This document shows, piece by piece, positions 1 to 9,839 of a stretch of DNA of 64,000 nt. How positions within the stretch are numbered: the first letter of the stretch is position 1; every line of letters begins with the position of its first letter. Origin of the DNA: a virus (taxonomy: Duplodnaviria; Heunggongvirae; Uroviricota; Caudoviricetes); the IMG/VR virus record IMGVR_UViG_3300021256_000055, positions 135,124 to 199,123 of that record. One strand, written 5' to 3'. Below the pieces are notes generated by a model. The model had not been told where the DNA came from, searched no databases, and saw nothing but the letters and a program-made list of their open reading frames with translations. The position numbers were made by a program, and so were the translations under genes.

Positions 1-144
1 GCGCCCTGAACTTTGTCTTTGCCCTCAAGGGCCCATACCTTGTCAATTGTAGCAATAGATGCTAAATCTCTCATTTTAAAACCTCTTAAAATTTAAAATT
101 CTCGCACCACCACCTGCATTTGTCATAGATTTTGCAGGAAAAAT

Positions 145-516
145 CTATCTGGTTTCTACCAGCAAATTGAAATACCTGTGGTCACCTTCATACATTTCTT
201 GTATACCTATAACTGGTATTCTATTATCAATAAAGATTGGATCATTGGTAATACATTCTTCACTAATAAAGTTTTTCAACTCAGAAGTACCAATATATGG
301 TATTGTTTTTTCAGCATCAAGAAATCTGCAAGCAGTTTTCTTTTTACCATAGAAAGTACAAAAGTCACGCACTGGACTTTCAATAATATTATTAGCCTCT
401 GAAAACTTTTCAAAAGCCGTTTTTTGTACATCTCCTAATGTCTCAAATTTCGAATCCTCTTTTTTTAGGAAATTAAAAACTGCTTTTACTTCATCATCAG
501 ATAAGTTAACAATCAT
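145..516 (-). CDS. hypothetical protein (123 aa)
   Basis: Intact ORF. The conserved TATAATAT-type motif lies directly upstream of its ATG on the minus strand. No recognisable domain. Confidence 0.5.
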   Translation of the reverse strand: MIVNLSDDEVKAVFNFLKKEDSKFETLGDVQKTAFEKFSEANNIIESPVRDFCTFYGKKKTACRFLDAEKTIPYIGTSELKNFISEECITNDPIFIDNRIPVIGIQEMYEGDHRYFNLLVETR

Positions 517-602
517 ATTTATAATATATAAACTATTTTTTAAAAGTACAAATATAACTTAAAAGCTATAAAGTCAAGCATAACCTACTTGACTTTATTA
601 AA

Positions 603-1016
603 CTAACGTACATTATAATGATTTACTGAATATTGTGGCAAATCGTTATAGTCAACAAAGTGCCTAAAATTTTCGCCACAAGTAGTACTAGGCTTGTACT
701 TAGTAGGGTCGCTACCAGTTGTTGAAATTGTCCAATCTGGAGTTGGATTTATCTTTGGTACACTATCATAATAAATACCCGCAAATCCTGGCTTTTTAAG
801 CGCCTGAATAATTTTAATTTTAGTTACATCATCCATATTAGACGCCATTACAGCTTTTTCCAATGAATAATCATTAAAATCATAAGTTACATATCCGGAT
901 GTATTATTTGTAGTAATAGTACCACCGGATGAAGTGGTAATTGTAGACTGGATAAAATCGTCTGAATTAGCGTTTAGAGTTCCTTTTATGGTCTTATCAT
1001 TTGATTTTGATGCCAT
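603..1016 (-). CDS. hypothetical protein (137 aa), Thr/Ser-rich
   Basis: Intact ORF packed tightly in the minus-strand block. No recognisable motif. Confidence 0.5.
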   Translation of the reverse strand: MASKSNDKTIKGTLNANSDDFIQSTITTSSGGTITTNNTSGYVTYDFNDYSLEKAVMASNMDDVTKIKIIQALKKPGFAGIYYDSVPKINPTPDWTISTTGSDPTKYKPSTTCGENFRHFVDYNDLPQYSVNHYNVR

Positions 1017-1028
1017 TATAACATTCTC

Positions 1029-1373
1029 CTAATAAATATATTCTGCGAAAGCTGGAAGCTTATGATAGTCTCTTCCAGTTTCCTCTACATAGTATTTATA
1101 GTAGCGGCTCAAGTCGGATTTCTTCCATTTTAATACTACTTCAACAAACTGATTAAAACCTTGTAAGTCTTCATTATCAATAATAAAATATTCTTCAAGA
1201 GCTTCTAAAAGATAAGCCTTTTCTACTTCCAAAGTAGGCACCTTAAAAGAAAACTCTGGAGTCAAATTGGACTTGATATAAATAGTTGGCTTTCTATAAA
1301 CCTCTATTACGTCTGTAACTACCACAAAATAACAAGATAATGAATAAACCAATTTTAATTTCCCCCAACCCAT
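1029..1373 (-). CDS. hypothetical protein (114 aa)
   Basis: Intact ORF in the co-directional array. Confidence 0.5.
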   Translation of the reverse strand: MGWGKLKLVYSLSCYFVVVTDVIEVYRKPTIYIKSNLTPEFSFKVPTLEVEKAYLLEALEEYFIIDNEDLQGFNQFVEVVLKWKKSDLSRYYKYYVEETGRDYHKLPAFAEYIY

Positions 1374-1379
1374 TTTGTA

Positions 1380-1616
1380 TTAAAAATATCCGCCCTCAAT
1401 TGTAAATGCGGTACCTTTCTCATAAATTTCTACTTCTACTACTTTAGGATTTTTCCAGCCTCTATTATTAAACTCATATTGGAGCGCTATTATAGAATTT
1501 TTAGCTGCGCCAGTACCTGCATATATTCGTGCTTTCCATAAGTCATCCACTAGGTCTAAATGGCTGGTGTCATTACCTTTTAAGTATTGATCACCAATTT
1601 TTACAACGCATTTCAT
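1380..1616 (-). CDS. hypothetical protein (78 aa)
   Basis: Intact small ORF abutting its neighbours. Confidence 0.4.
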   Translation of the reverse strand: MKCVVKIGDQYLKGNDTSHLDLVDDLWKARIYAGTGAAKNSIIALQYEFNNRGWKNPKVVEVEIYEKGTAFTIEGGYF

Positions 1617-1619
1617 AAG

Positions 1620-2087
1620 TTATCGTCCATCATCATCTAGATATTGAAGTTTTCTCTTTAAGAGGTCATTTTCTTGCCTAAGCAGCGCATTTTCCCGCTT
1701 TAATTTTGTAAACATATCAAGTAAATTATCGCTGTCCTCTAAAGGTGTATTAGAGCTAGCACTAGATATATTACCTTCATCTGGGCTAAATATAATTTCT
1801 TGTGTTTCATTTAATGTATTTATATACTTTGTTAAAGCGTCTTTATTTAAATAGAAACTTACAGATTTCTTATGCTCATCATCGACAATAAAGCCTTCTA
1901 GATAAAAAGAAAAATAAGGTAAACTATCAACTTCGCTACGTATAATTCCAATATTATCGTAGCTATCTGATAAATCAATATAGGCATCTCTAAAAAGCTG
2001 CTTAAAATATGTTGTTGATTCTTTCCATTTGTTAAAATCTGATAATAAATTTGGATTATTAAGACTTGCTATAAAAACATTTAACAT
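1620..2087 (-). CDS. hypothetical protein (155 aa) with C-terminal coiled-coil-like segment
   Basis: Intact ORF. The C-terminus has a leucine/charged heptad-like stretch (LLRQENDLLKRKLQYL). Confidence 0.5.
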   Translation of the reverse strand: MLNVFIASLNNPNLLSDFNKWKESTTYFKQLFRDAYIDLSDSYDNIGIIRSEVDSLPYFSFYLEGFIVDDEHKKSVSFYLNKDALTKYINTLNETQEIIFSPDEGNISSASSNTPLEDSDNLLDMFTKLKRENALLRQENDLLKRKLQYLDDDGR

Positions 2088-2119
2088 TTTATTACCTTAT
2101 TAAATATAATAACAATTTA

Positions 2120-2140
2120 GGAGGGCCAATTAAACCCTCC
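2120..2140. terminator. GC-rich hairpin (ggagggccaattaaaccctcc) between genes
   Basis: Perfect 6-bp GC stem seen in the sequence. Flanking T/A runs are only moderate, so terminator function is uncertain. Confidence 0.35.
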
Positions 2141-2146
2141 TAAAAA

Positions 2147-2392
2147 TTATTTTTCTTTAAGTTTTTTCTCCACTAGCTTTGCCATAGCATGAATATTTTC
2201 AAAGTCTTCTTTAACAAGGCCACCTTCATAAATAGAAATACTAAAAGCATGTTCCAAATCATTTATAAGATGCATAATATCCAAAGAATCAATGATACCA
2301 TTATTAAGAGTAGTATCCTTATCGATCTCAAAAAATCCATCTTTATTGATTCCAGTATTTATAATTTCTAAAATTTTATTCTCTATGTCCAT
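2147..2392 (-). CDS. acyl carrier protein-like (81 aa)
   Basis: Small acidic 4-helix-sized protein. The motif GIIDSLDIMHLI matches the ACP phosphopantetheine-attachment DSL(D) serine motif. It lies immediately downstream of, and slightly overlapping, a KAS gene. Confidence 0.6.
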   Translation of the reverse strand: MDIENKILEIINTGINKDGFFEIDKDTTLNNGIIDSLDIMHLINDLEHAFSISIYEGGLVKEDFENIHAMAKLVEKKLKEK

Positions 2393-4355
2393 CTGTAGTC
2401 CTTTTTATTATTTTACGCATTAGCTGCTGAGAGGATAAATACCAACTTGAATTTCTATCCCACTGGTACTTTACCTCTTTACCTTCCTGTGCACGCCCTA
2501 AAACAATTGAACAACACATAATTTTATCATCCTTAATATCACAATAGGATAATAATAAAATATTAACTTTATGCATGTCAAATAGAGTACTTACCATATT
2601 GTAGCACATTGGAAAACCATTTAGGCCTTCTATAACAGATAAGCAAGCTCCCTTAATGCCTGTATTTATTGAAAGCCACCCATCACCAGCATTATATACT
2701 GAATTTGGAAAAATACCAGCGTCTCCCCAATTATTTCCTTTTTCATAAATAATTTTTCCATAAGTTGAGTCAATAGCAGTAGGTGTACCTATTTCTGAGC
2801 TTCCTAAAATACCTATTTCATAACAATTTGATTCAGTTACTTCTATCCCTGCTTTTTTAAGGGCTCTAATACCAGAAACACTCTTTACTCTAGAGTATAA
2901 ATCCATTTTTCTTAAATTATTTACGTCGATACCACAATTTAAAAAATCTTTTGCACTTGGTACAACTAAGTTTTTCTCGGGTAAACAGTTAATATCTATA
3001 AAATCTTCTGGATTTTTATATAAATTTGTGTATAAATCCCAGCTTAGAACTTCTATTGGGTCTTCTATAATATTATCTATCCAACCCTCAGGATATTTTT
3101 GTTTTCTAGATAATACAATACTCGCGTCATTTCCGCCAAAGGCAAAAGAATTACATAAAATAACATTTGGCATCTTAAATGTCTCATATTGTCTTATATA
3201 ATTAACATTTTTATTTATACCTTCACCGCTAAAGCCAACTGTAGGTAGTAGTGTACCTTCATAAAACATTCTTGTGGCTAATACTGCATTTATTATACCG
3301 GATACACCTAAAGTATGTCCCAATGCTGATTTTGAACTACTAACATAGGGACCTTCAAACTTATCAATATCCTTTGTAAGTTTTTCAATAGCTAATGATT
3401 CTGCTGTATCATTTGCTATTGTACCCGTTCCATGTGTATAAATATAATCTACTGCTTTTACAGTAAACTTTGCATCTTCTAATGCCTTTTGCATTGTGTA
3501 TAATTGACTTTCACCTGTACTATCTGGAGCAGTAATATGATGTGCCTCTGAACTAATAGCGCCACCATCAAGATAACAATACCAATCTGCTTTTCGTTCT
3601 TTTGCTGCTTTTTCTGATTCCAATATTATTGCAGCGGCTCCTTCACCAAGAGTAAGCCCATTAGGATTACTAAGAGGAGCGCAAGGTTTAGTATCAAGTG
3701 CTTTTAATGATAGAAACCCTGAAAAATGTACATCAGATAATACATCAGCGCCAATTACAACAACTCTGTCTTCTTTACCACTTGCAATAAGATTATACGC
3801 ATAATATAAAGCTACAGTGCCTGAAGAACAAGCAGTTGAAATAGTTATTACGTTATCTGGTGGAACTAAACAAAGAGATGACTTCTTAATTACTTCATCA
3901 AAAGTTCTATCTGTAATAGATTCTTCATTAAAATCTTTATTATTATAAATGCTATCCTTATTATAAATTTGAGTTGCCCTATCTGAATCGCCAGAGCAAG
4001 TTGCATTTAGTATTACAATTCTGGAATTATCAAGTAATTTCGCATCTTTAACTGCATCATCAAGAGCTTTTCTTAAGATATAAAAATATTTTTTATTTTT
4101 TGATTTTGTATTACCCTGTAAATCTACTGTAAAACCTTTATTAGTCTTAGATAAAATTGAAAGACCCTCTTCTGGTTCACCATCCATAGTTATCTGTGTA
4201 ATTTCAGCACCAAGGTTAGTATAACAATTTTCAGTTGAGATACCTTTTATTTCTTTAATACCAGTTTGGTTTGCACAGATTTTACTATAATTTTCTTGAA
4301 CTGTGTCACCAAGAGAAGTAACTAATCCTATTCCTGTTATTACGCATTCATTCAT
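2376..4355 (-). CDS. beta-ketoacyl-ACP synthase (KAS I/II-like) with about 250-aa C-terminal extension
   Basis: The N-terminus VITGIGLVTSLGD is typical of KAS. Active-site Cys lies in ISTACSSGT. His motifs are YIYTHGTGT and GHTLGVSGI. The family end motif CNSFAFGGNDASIVL is present. A C-terminal region of about 250 aa is unassigned. Confidence 0.8.
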   Translation of the reverse strand: MNECVITGIGLVTSLGDTVQENYSKICANQTGIKEIKGISTENCYTNLGAEITQITMDGEPEEGLSILSKTNKGFTVDLQGNTKSKNKKYFYILRKALDDAVKDAKLLDNSRIVILNATCSGDSDRATQIYNKDSIYNNKDFNEESITDRTFDEVIKKSSLCLVPPDNVITISTACSSGTVALYYAYNLIASGKEDRVVVIGADVLSDVHFSGFLSLKALDTKPCAPLSNPNGLTLGEGAAAIILESEKAAKERKADWYCYLDGGAISSEAHHITAPDSTGESQLYTMQKALEDAKFTVKAVDYIYTHGTGTIANDTAESLAIEKLTKDIDKFEGPYVSSSKSALGHTLGVSGIINAVLATRMFYEGTLLPTVGFSGEGINKNVNYIRQYETFKMPNVILCNSFAFGGNDASIVLSRKQKYPEGWIDNIIEDPIEVLSWDLYTNLYKNPEDFIDINCLPEKNLVVPSAKDFLNCGIDVNNLRKMDLYSRVKSVSGIRALKKAGIEVTESNCYEIGILGSSEIGTPTAIDSTYGKIIYEKGNNWGDAGIFPNSVYNAGDGWLSINTGIKGACLSVIEGLNGFPMCYNMVSTLFDMHKVNILLLSYCDIKDDKIMCCSIVLGRAQEGKEVKYQWDRNSSWYLSSQQLMRKIIKRTTDGHRE

Positions 4356-4483
4356 CTAATATTCTCTTTTCCGTATTTTTTTGTAAGCTCTAAGATCTCC
4401 TTAAAAGTTTTTCCATTTAAAGGATTATTAGGCTTTCCAAGCCAATAAGAAATTGAGTCTTCGATAATGTCTAAATCTGTCAT

Positions 4484-4702
4484 TTAATCCTCTTCATTAA
4501 GGTCATAGCCAGCAGGATGATTTTCAATAGTATAGTCTTCAAATAGCTTATCAGCAGATATCATTCTACCATTTACACAAACAAAGAGTTGACCATATTT
4601 GCTAAATCGCCAACCTGTAATCATTGCGCAGCTATCTACACTATTTACAATCTCTCCTACAGCTGGAGGATGCATTACATCAAATGGTTGAAAATTTTCC
4701 AT
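4484..4702 (-). CDS. hypothetical protein (72 aa)
   Basis: Intact ORF. Confidence 0.4.
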   Translation of the reverse strand: MENFQPFDVMHPPAVGEIVNSVDSCAMITGWRFSKYGQLFVCVNGRMISADKLFEDYTIENHPAGYDLNEED

Positions 4703-4717
4703 ACTTATATAGTACCT

Positions 4718-4924
4718 CTAAAGTCCTAAGATCTGAAAAATAATAGCCATAATCAGCATTACACCCGCTGTAAATAATTGTCCCCTATAAGTTTTTCTAC
4801 ATATTTCTTTATTCTGATAAGACCAGTTAGCTGAAGTTTTTGCTTTCTTTTTAGAAAAGAAATAATTATATGCTGCCTGTGCTAAAGAATAAATAAATAA
4901 AATAAATGAAAAACCAGCAAACAC
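4718..4924 (-). CDS. small membrane protein (68 aa, two hydrophobic segments)
   Basis: Hydrophobic N- and C-terminal stretches. Confidence 0.4.
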   Translation of the reverse strand: MFAGFSFILFIYSLAQAAYNYFFSKKKAKTSANWSYQNKEICRKTYRGQLFTAGVMLIMAIIFQILGL

Positions 4925-4954
4925 TTTTATCTCCTTTTATATTAGCCTTATATT

Positions 4955-5410
4955 TTACATTGCGTTTAATAAATCCTCAATATCTTTATCGTATCCACCA
5001 ATAGATGTAAAATCAGATGAGTTATCTTCTTCAGGTTCTTCCTCAATAGTATTAAAATAATCCGTAGCCATTTTATCCGCTATATGTCTAGCCATAGCCA
5101 TATTTGCTTTATTTTGCAATATACGACTTGGCTTATTTGACCTTAGGCTATTCACAAGGTCTTCCAGCGTAGCACAGCCACCAAAATAATCTTGACCAAA
5201 TCTAGTTTTATCGCCTAGAACATCCCAGTGTTTTTCATCATCATTCCATCCAAAAACTGTACAAAAATCTGATCTATATAAAATATCATTAAATCCAGAA
5301 GGCCTCCATTGTGAACTTCCCGTTGGATTATATTTTTCAAAATTATAAGGATATCCCATCGCAATGCCAGTAAACCTTAGTTTACTATAATGCTTAGCTG
5401 TATTATTCAT
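4955..5410 (-). CDS. hypothetical protein (151 aa)
   Basis: Intact ORF overlapping its upstream neighbour by 8 nt. Confidence 0.5.
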   Translation of the reverse strand: MNNTAKHYSKLRFTGIAMGYPYNFEKYNPTGSSQWRPSGFNDILYRSDFCTVFGWNDDEKHWDVLGDKTRFGQDYFGGCATLEDLVNSLRSNKPSRILQNKANMAMARHIADKMATDYFNTIEEEPEEDNSSDFTSIGGYDKDIEDLLNAM

Positions 5411-5918
5411 TTGTATCTTCTTCTCTTATCAGGGCTTTCTTAAGTTCTTCCATAAGAGTTTCTACAATTTTTTCTATTGGAAGTGGATCTGCATCTCTTG
5501 TTTTAGAATAAATCCAATTTAAGACATTAGATAAGCCTCTGGTTTTAGGCATACCAATTGCATCACAAGTATAGTAACCAGCGCCTAATCGTTTAATAAT
5601 TCCTGCATTAATACAAGAATTAATAAAACAGTCTGATATCATTCTTTGCGCAATTCGATGATTTGTATCATGTGATAACCAAGACCAATTTTCAATTTCA
5701 ACATACGATAATTTATCACTAAAACTTACAGTATATTCATCTTTAGATTCACTCTTTCTATGACGCAGTTCTACAATATATTTATCATTAACATGACTTA
5801 TAGATTTTACATCTGAATAGACCTGTATAAGTGTTGTACCATCATTACTATAAACGAAAACTGTGCGACAATATTTATTTGATTCTTCAAATTCTGCTTC
5901 TTTTTCTTCCTCTGACAT
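5403..5918 (-). CDS. hypothetical protein (171 aa)
   Basis: Intact ORF. A TGGAGGAC ribosome-binding site and the TATAATATGT motif lie upstream. Confidence 0.5.
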   Translation of the reverse strand: MSEEEKEAEFEESNKYCRTVFVYSNDGTTLIQVYSDVKSISHVNDKYIVELRHRKSESKDEYTVSFSDKLSYVEIENWSWLSHDTNHRIAQRMISDCFINSCINAGIIKRLGAGYYTCDAIGMPKTRGLSNVLNWIYSKTRDADPLPIEKIVETLMEELKKALIREEDTNE

Positions 5919-5946
5919 TTACAAAAAGTCCTCCAATTATAATATA

Positions 5947-5960
5947 TTTATAATATGTGC
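5947..5960 (-). promoter_or_regulatory. conserved TTTACATATTATAA-type motif instance
   Basis: Plus-strand tttataatatgtgc, about 30 nt upstream of the minus-strand start at 5918. One of at least 11 copies in the window. Confidence 0.4.
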
Positions 5961-5994
5961 TTAAAAATAAAAAAGACTAGATAAAAATCTAGTC

Positions 5995-6261
5995 TTATAT
6001 CTCATATACAATTCTATCTTTTGAAATCCAATTTATGCGCCCGATAAACTTACCTGTCTGTCGGTCCACGCTTCCTAAAAAGTAGTTATAGCCTACTTGA
6101 CTATTCCCCGCTTCATATAGAACATCATTTTCTCCAAAATCAACTCCACTATCATAGGAGTCCATATTAGAATAAAGTCTATAATAATAAACACCTGGTA
6201 TATTTCCATAGTTAAGTAGGTCCGCATCTACTATATTATTAAAAATATTTACCTGAATCAT
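5995..6261 (-). CDS. hypothetical protein (88 aa)
   Basis: Intact ORF. Confidence 0.45.
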   Translation of the reverse strand: MIQVNIFNNIVDADLLNYGNIPGVYYYRLYSNMDSYDSGVDFGENDVLYEAGNSQVGYNYFLGSVDRQTGKFIGRINWISKDRIVYEI

Positions 6262-6270
6262 ATTTATTAC

Positions 6271-7251
6271 CTACTCAATACTCAAGTATTCTCTTAAATC
6301 TATAGACTTAATAAAACGATTATCTCCCTTTACTAATGGTTTCCAATTACCCCTAATACTACTAAAATATAATTTAGCCGCAGGCTTAGTTTCTTTTCCT
6401 TTAGGACAATAACTTAATTCAAATATTGTATCTTCTTCAAATTTTTCAGCTTCTAATAATGCATCTACTCCAACAGTAGCATAATAACCCGGACGTTTGC
6501 TATATAATTTAACAATTCTTGGGGCATTTACCACTCTAGGCTCTTTGACAGGTTGAACAGTTTCTTTAGCAGTAATAGTATTTATAGCATTATTCTCTTG
6601 CTGTTCTTTCTGAATCATAGCTACAGAACGTGGCTTAATATGATGATATTTTTGCCTAAGGGATTCTATTAGGTCACATTTATCCTGCCAAGGTAAGTCC
6701 ATAAAAATAACATTTAAAACATCATCAAGTGGAATTAAAAGCCTTGCTACATATCCTTTTGACCACCAGCTATCGCTTGTATGCAAACTATTGCCATCTC
6801 TAGGAATACCAACTAGGTCTTGACCCCAAATAGCATATAAGTTATCATTTGCTTTTGTTACATAAAATGTTTCAGTATAGCTATTAAAAGCATCTGTTGG
6901 CGTGCCATGGTAACCAATACTTGAATTTAATGTGTCATTCGACCATTTTGTATCTAACCTACCACGTAATTCACGATAATTTTTCTTATATTCATAAGAA
7001 ATAAGAATATCACCCATAAGTGCATCAGTAATATTGGTACAAGTCATTCCCATAACATTCTTTACAAATGACTCACAATCCCAAACCTTAAAATGTTTAT
7101 CTATACCATTCTTCTTAATATATTTTTTAACATAATTGGCAACTTCAACTTCACCTACTTTGCCGTGCTCTAATCGTTTTTGAAAAGCACTGTTCTTCTT
7201 TAAGCTATCAAAGAAGACAACACCAGTGTTTGTCTTTCTTGTATAAGACAT
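6271..7251 (-). CDS. hypothetical protein (326 aa)
   Basis: Long intact ORF with no recognisable motif. Confidence 0.55.
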   Translation of the reverse strand: MSYTRKTNTGVVFFDSLKKNSAFQKRLEHGKVGEVEVANYVKKYIKKNGIDKHFKVWDCESFVKNVMGMTCTNITDALMGDILISYEYKKNYRELRGRLDTKWSNDTLNSSIGYHGTPTDAFNSYTETFYVTKANDNLYAIWGQDLVGIPRDGNSLHTSDSWWSKGYVARLLIPLDDVLNVIFMDLPWQDKCDLIESLRQKYHHIKPRSVAMIQKEQQENNAINTITAKETVQPVKEPRVVNAPRIVKLYSKRPGYYATVGVDALLEAEKFEEDTIFELSYCPKGKETKPAAKLYFSSIRGNWKPLVKGDNRFIKSIDLREYLSIE

Positions 7252-7284
7252 TTCAAAACCTCCAATAAAATTAATATTAACTTA

Positions 7285-7740
7285 TTAAGAATCTAGCCAA
7301 GCTTCAGGGTCAAATCTTTTTTTAGGTAAGGATGAGTCTAAATAAGACGTTGAACTATTAGTTTGGCTTATACTAGTACTGTAAGAAGTATTACCATTTT
7401 TTATTCTATCCCACCATGCCGTATGCTCTTCTGTACTAATAGGTTTTCCCGTCACGGGACTTTGAAAAGTATCTAGTCGTGTATGACAGCTTCGACAAAG
7501 TAAAACTACATTATCAAGATCATATGTTTTTTCAACATGTGCTCCTACAGCCTCTATATGAGCTACATCTGATGGAACTAAAAAATTACTAGGTATAAAT
7601 GTTTTTTGTCTAATTCCCATTTCTTCTGGTGTTAAAATAGCACAACATCTACATATACCTCTATCACGTTCCCAACATTTTTTCTTTGTTTCTTGCCAAA
7701 GAATATCCTCTTTACTTCTATGACTTACTTTCTCTTCCAT
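7285..7740 (-). CDS. HNH endonuclease (151 aa)
   Basis: Cys-rich: GICRCCAIL ... DVAHIEAVGAH ... NVVLLCRSCHTRLD matches the HNH His-Asn-His/zinc-finger pattern. Free-standing. Confidence 0.7.
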   Translation of the reverse strand: MEEKVSHRSKEDILWQETKKKCWERDRGICRCCAILTPEEMGIRQKTFIPSNFLVPSDVAHIEAVGAHVEKTYDLDNVVLLCRSCHTRLDTFQSPVTGKPISTEEHTAWWDRIKNGNTSYSTSISQTNSSTSYLDSSLPKKRFDPEAWLDS

Positions 7741-8207
7741 TATTCGCCTGTATAGTCTTCCCTGCGATGTTTAACCTCAACTGTTATTGCTGCGAAATCC
7801 CCTATACCAAAAGCTTTAACTAAATTTGAATCTGCTGCAACAATAATAGTTAATGTATTTTTATCTGTACCAGCAACATTTTTAAGAGATGCTTGGGTAA
7901 ACTTAAATGCTACATAATGATTGCCATCATTGCCTTGAACGTTTGCGCCATCTATAGACTCTAGCATAAAATTATTTTTAAAACTGGATGGAGTTATTGT
8001 AATTGTATATGCACTACCAAACATGGCTTTTATACGATTTTCTTCATTATTGGTAACAAAAATAAAATTATTATATTCATTTTCAGTAGTTACTTCAACA
8101 CTATTACCCATAAGCTTGTATGGTATATTACAATCTATGAAACTTACACGGCCTTTAAAAGTAATTACCTTTGAGTTTTCATCTATAACAGTTTTTCTTA
8201 CTCCCAT
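7740..8207 (-). CDS. hypothetical protein (155 aa)
   Basis: Intact ORF with beta-rich composition. Confidence 0.5.
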   Translation of the reverse strand: MGVRKTVIDENSKVITFKGRVSFIDCNIPYKLMGNSVEVTTENEYNNFIFVTNNEENRIKAMFGSAYTITITPSSFKNNFMLESIDGANVQGNDGNHYVAFKFTQASLKNVAGTDKNTLTIIVAADSNLVKAFGIGDFAAITVEVKHRREDYTGE

Positions 8208-8315
8208 GGCATTCTCCTAGGCTTTCTTGAGCCACGTGTATCCGCTACAATAATAATTACAATTTTTACAATCCATACTATAGCAACTGTCAAAAAAATT
8301 GCACTTACCAAATAA

Positions 8316-8540
8316 TCAACCATAAATCTTATACCTCTTATTTTCTTGAATTATAAAACTAGAGTATTGATATAATGATTGTCTAGTTTCTCTAATAAAA
8401 AACCTTATGCCATCTTTTGGATTTGTAATTTTTATAGTATGGTCCCTATAAAAAGCCTTTCCCCAATTTAAGATTGCATTTATATCTGGACTATCATAAA
8501 GTAATTTTAATCCGCCCATTTTATTTTCATTTTCAAACAA
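8316..8540 (-). CDS. small hypothetical protein (74 aa)
   Basis: ORF in an otherwise AT-rich gap. Weak support. Confidence 0.3.
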   Translation of the reverse strand: MFENENKMGGLKLLYDSPDINAILNWGKAFYRDHTIKITNPKDGIRFFIRETRQSLYQYSSFIIQENKRYKIYG

Positions 8541-8604
8541 AATTTAAACCGCCATTAGTATTAATATTAGAATTAGTTTTAAATATTTGCGGCTAAATTA
8601 AAAA

Positions 8605-8628
8605 AGGCCTTATAATAAGGCCTTTTTA
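8605..8628 (-). terminator. rho-independent terminator (aggccttataataaggcct + T-run)
   Basis: Perfect 7-bp stem with T-runs on both strands, placed at the 3' end of the 8629..9282 gene. Confidence 0.6.
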
Positions 8629-9282
8629 TTATTTTTTAGCTTTTGGTGATTTTAATTTTTCAGGTTTTAATAGAGCTTTTCTTAATGTATGTATCTCATC
8701 ATAATTATCATACGATACTTTTTTGTCATCCTCACCTCTAGAGTAAGAATATACGTCAGGATTAAAATAGGCTAAAGCTCGTTTAGTAAAATATTCTACT
8801 TGCGACTTAGCCTTTTCCTTAATATTTAAAAGATTATAAGGTTCAATACCATGATCTCTAGCAAATATTGCATTTTTTAATGCCGTCGCCAAACCTATAA
8901 TTGGGTAGGAATGTTCAAATCCCTCATCTTCTGTATAACTAACACCAATAGAAACAGTTCCTTTACCATTAGAAATGGCTACAACCGACCCAAATGGTTT
9001 TCCTCTCTCAGACTGAATATAACTTAAACCACTATCTGTTACTACTTTATCTCCAATAAAGCCAGGACGTAAACGATTGCATAAATACTTATTTCCGCCT
9101 TTAGTAAAATCTTTAACAAAATCCTCTGCAGCAATTACTTCTTGCGCAAAATTTAATTCATCATTTGAACATCCAAGCTCCTTAGCTGATAGCGATGAAT
9201 TCTCTCTTAATTTTTTTACAACTAGCTTAATTGACTTAGATTGTATTTTATTTTTAAATCTATTTTTTTGTGAAAAGCTCAC
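8629..9282 (-). CDS. hypothetical protein (217 aa), Lys-rich termini
   Basis: Intact ORF. Confidence 0.5.
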   Translation of the reverse strand: MSFSQKNRFKNKIQSKSIKLVVKKLRENSSLSAKELGCSNDELNFAQEVIAAEDFVKDFTKGGNKYLCNRLRPGFIGDKVVTDSGLSYIQSERGKPFGSVVAISNGKGTVSIGVSYTEDEGFEHSYPIIGLATALKNAIFARDHGIEPYNLLNIKEKAKSQVEYFTKRALAYFNPDVYSYSRGEDDKKVSYDNYDEIHTLRKALLKPEKLKSPKAKK

Positions 9283-9836
9283 TTATCATTACCTACACTA
9301 CTAAGTATTTTTGTTGCTATTCCAAATCCTAAACCGCAGACTGCGCCTAAAACATGATTCTGATGCGCAATATGATCAGTCTTTGTGAACATAGCTAAAA
9401 ACTCTGGTAAAACAAATACCAATAAAAGTATAATACTAGTTATAGGTAATCCTTCAGACTCATCAGTCTGGAATGTGTTCAAAATAACCCACATATATGC
9501 AATAGATGATAATCCATAACATGGTATGCCAGATACCACAGATACTATACCTATAACTAGAGCGCCAAGTAGTGTAATTATCGCCAACGGAATTGTACCA
9601 AATTTATCTTCAATGGAAGGACCGAGCATAGCAATATAAACAATATTACCCAAAAAATGGCTCCATCCACTATGACCAAAAATATGTAAAACAATACCTG
9701 CATTCCATTTATTATTTGTTGCAAAATGACTAGCAAAATTTGGAATAAAACATTCCTGAATAAGAACAATAATAAATGAAATAAAAATCAATAAAACTGT
9801 AAAAGTTGACTCAAATGACACTAACTTCTTCTTCAT
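9279..9836 (-). CDS. rhomboid-family intramembrane serine protease (185 aa)
   Basis: Several TM segments. A TM2-like HIFGHSGWSHFLGN...LGPSIEDKFG matches the H..H...N / G..E...G motif. A catalytic Ser candidate lies in YGLSSIAY. A TM6 His lies in HIAHQNHVLGAVCGLGFG. Confidence 0.65.
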   Translation of the reverse strand: MKKKLVSFESTFTVLLIFISFIIVLIQECFIPNFASHFATNNKWNAGIVLHIFGHSGWSHFLGNIVYIAMLGPSIEDKFGTIPLAIITLLGALVIGIVSVVSGIPCYGLSSIAYMWVILNTFQTDESEGLPITSIILLLVFVLPEFLAMFTKTDHIAHQNHVLGAVCGLGFGIATKILSSVGNDK

Positions 9837-9839
9837 AAA

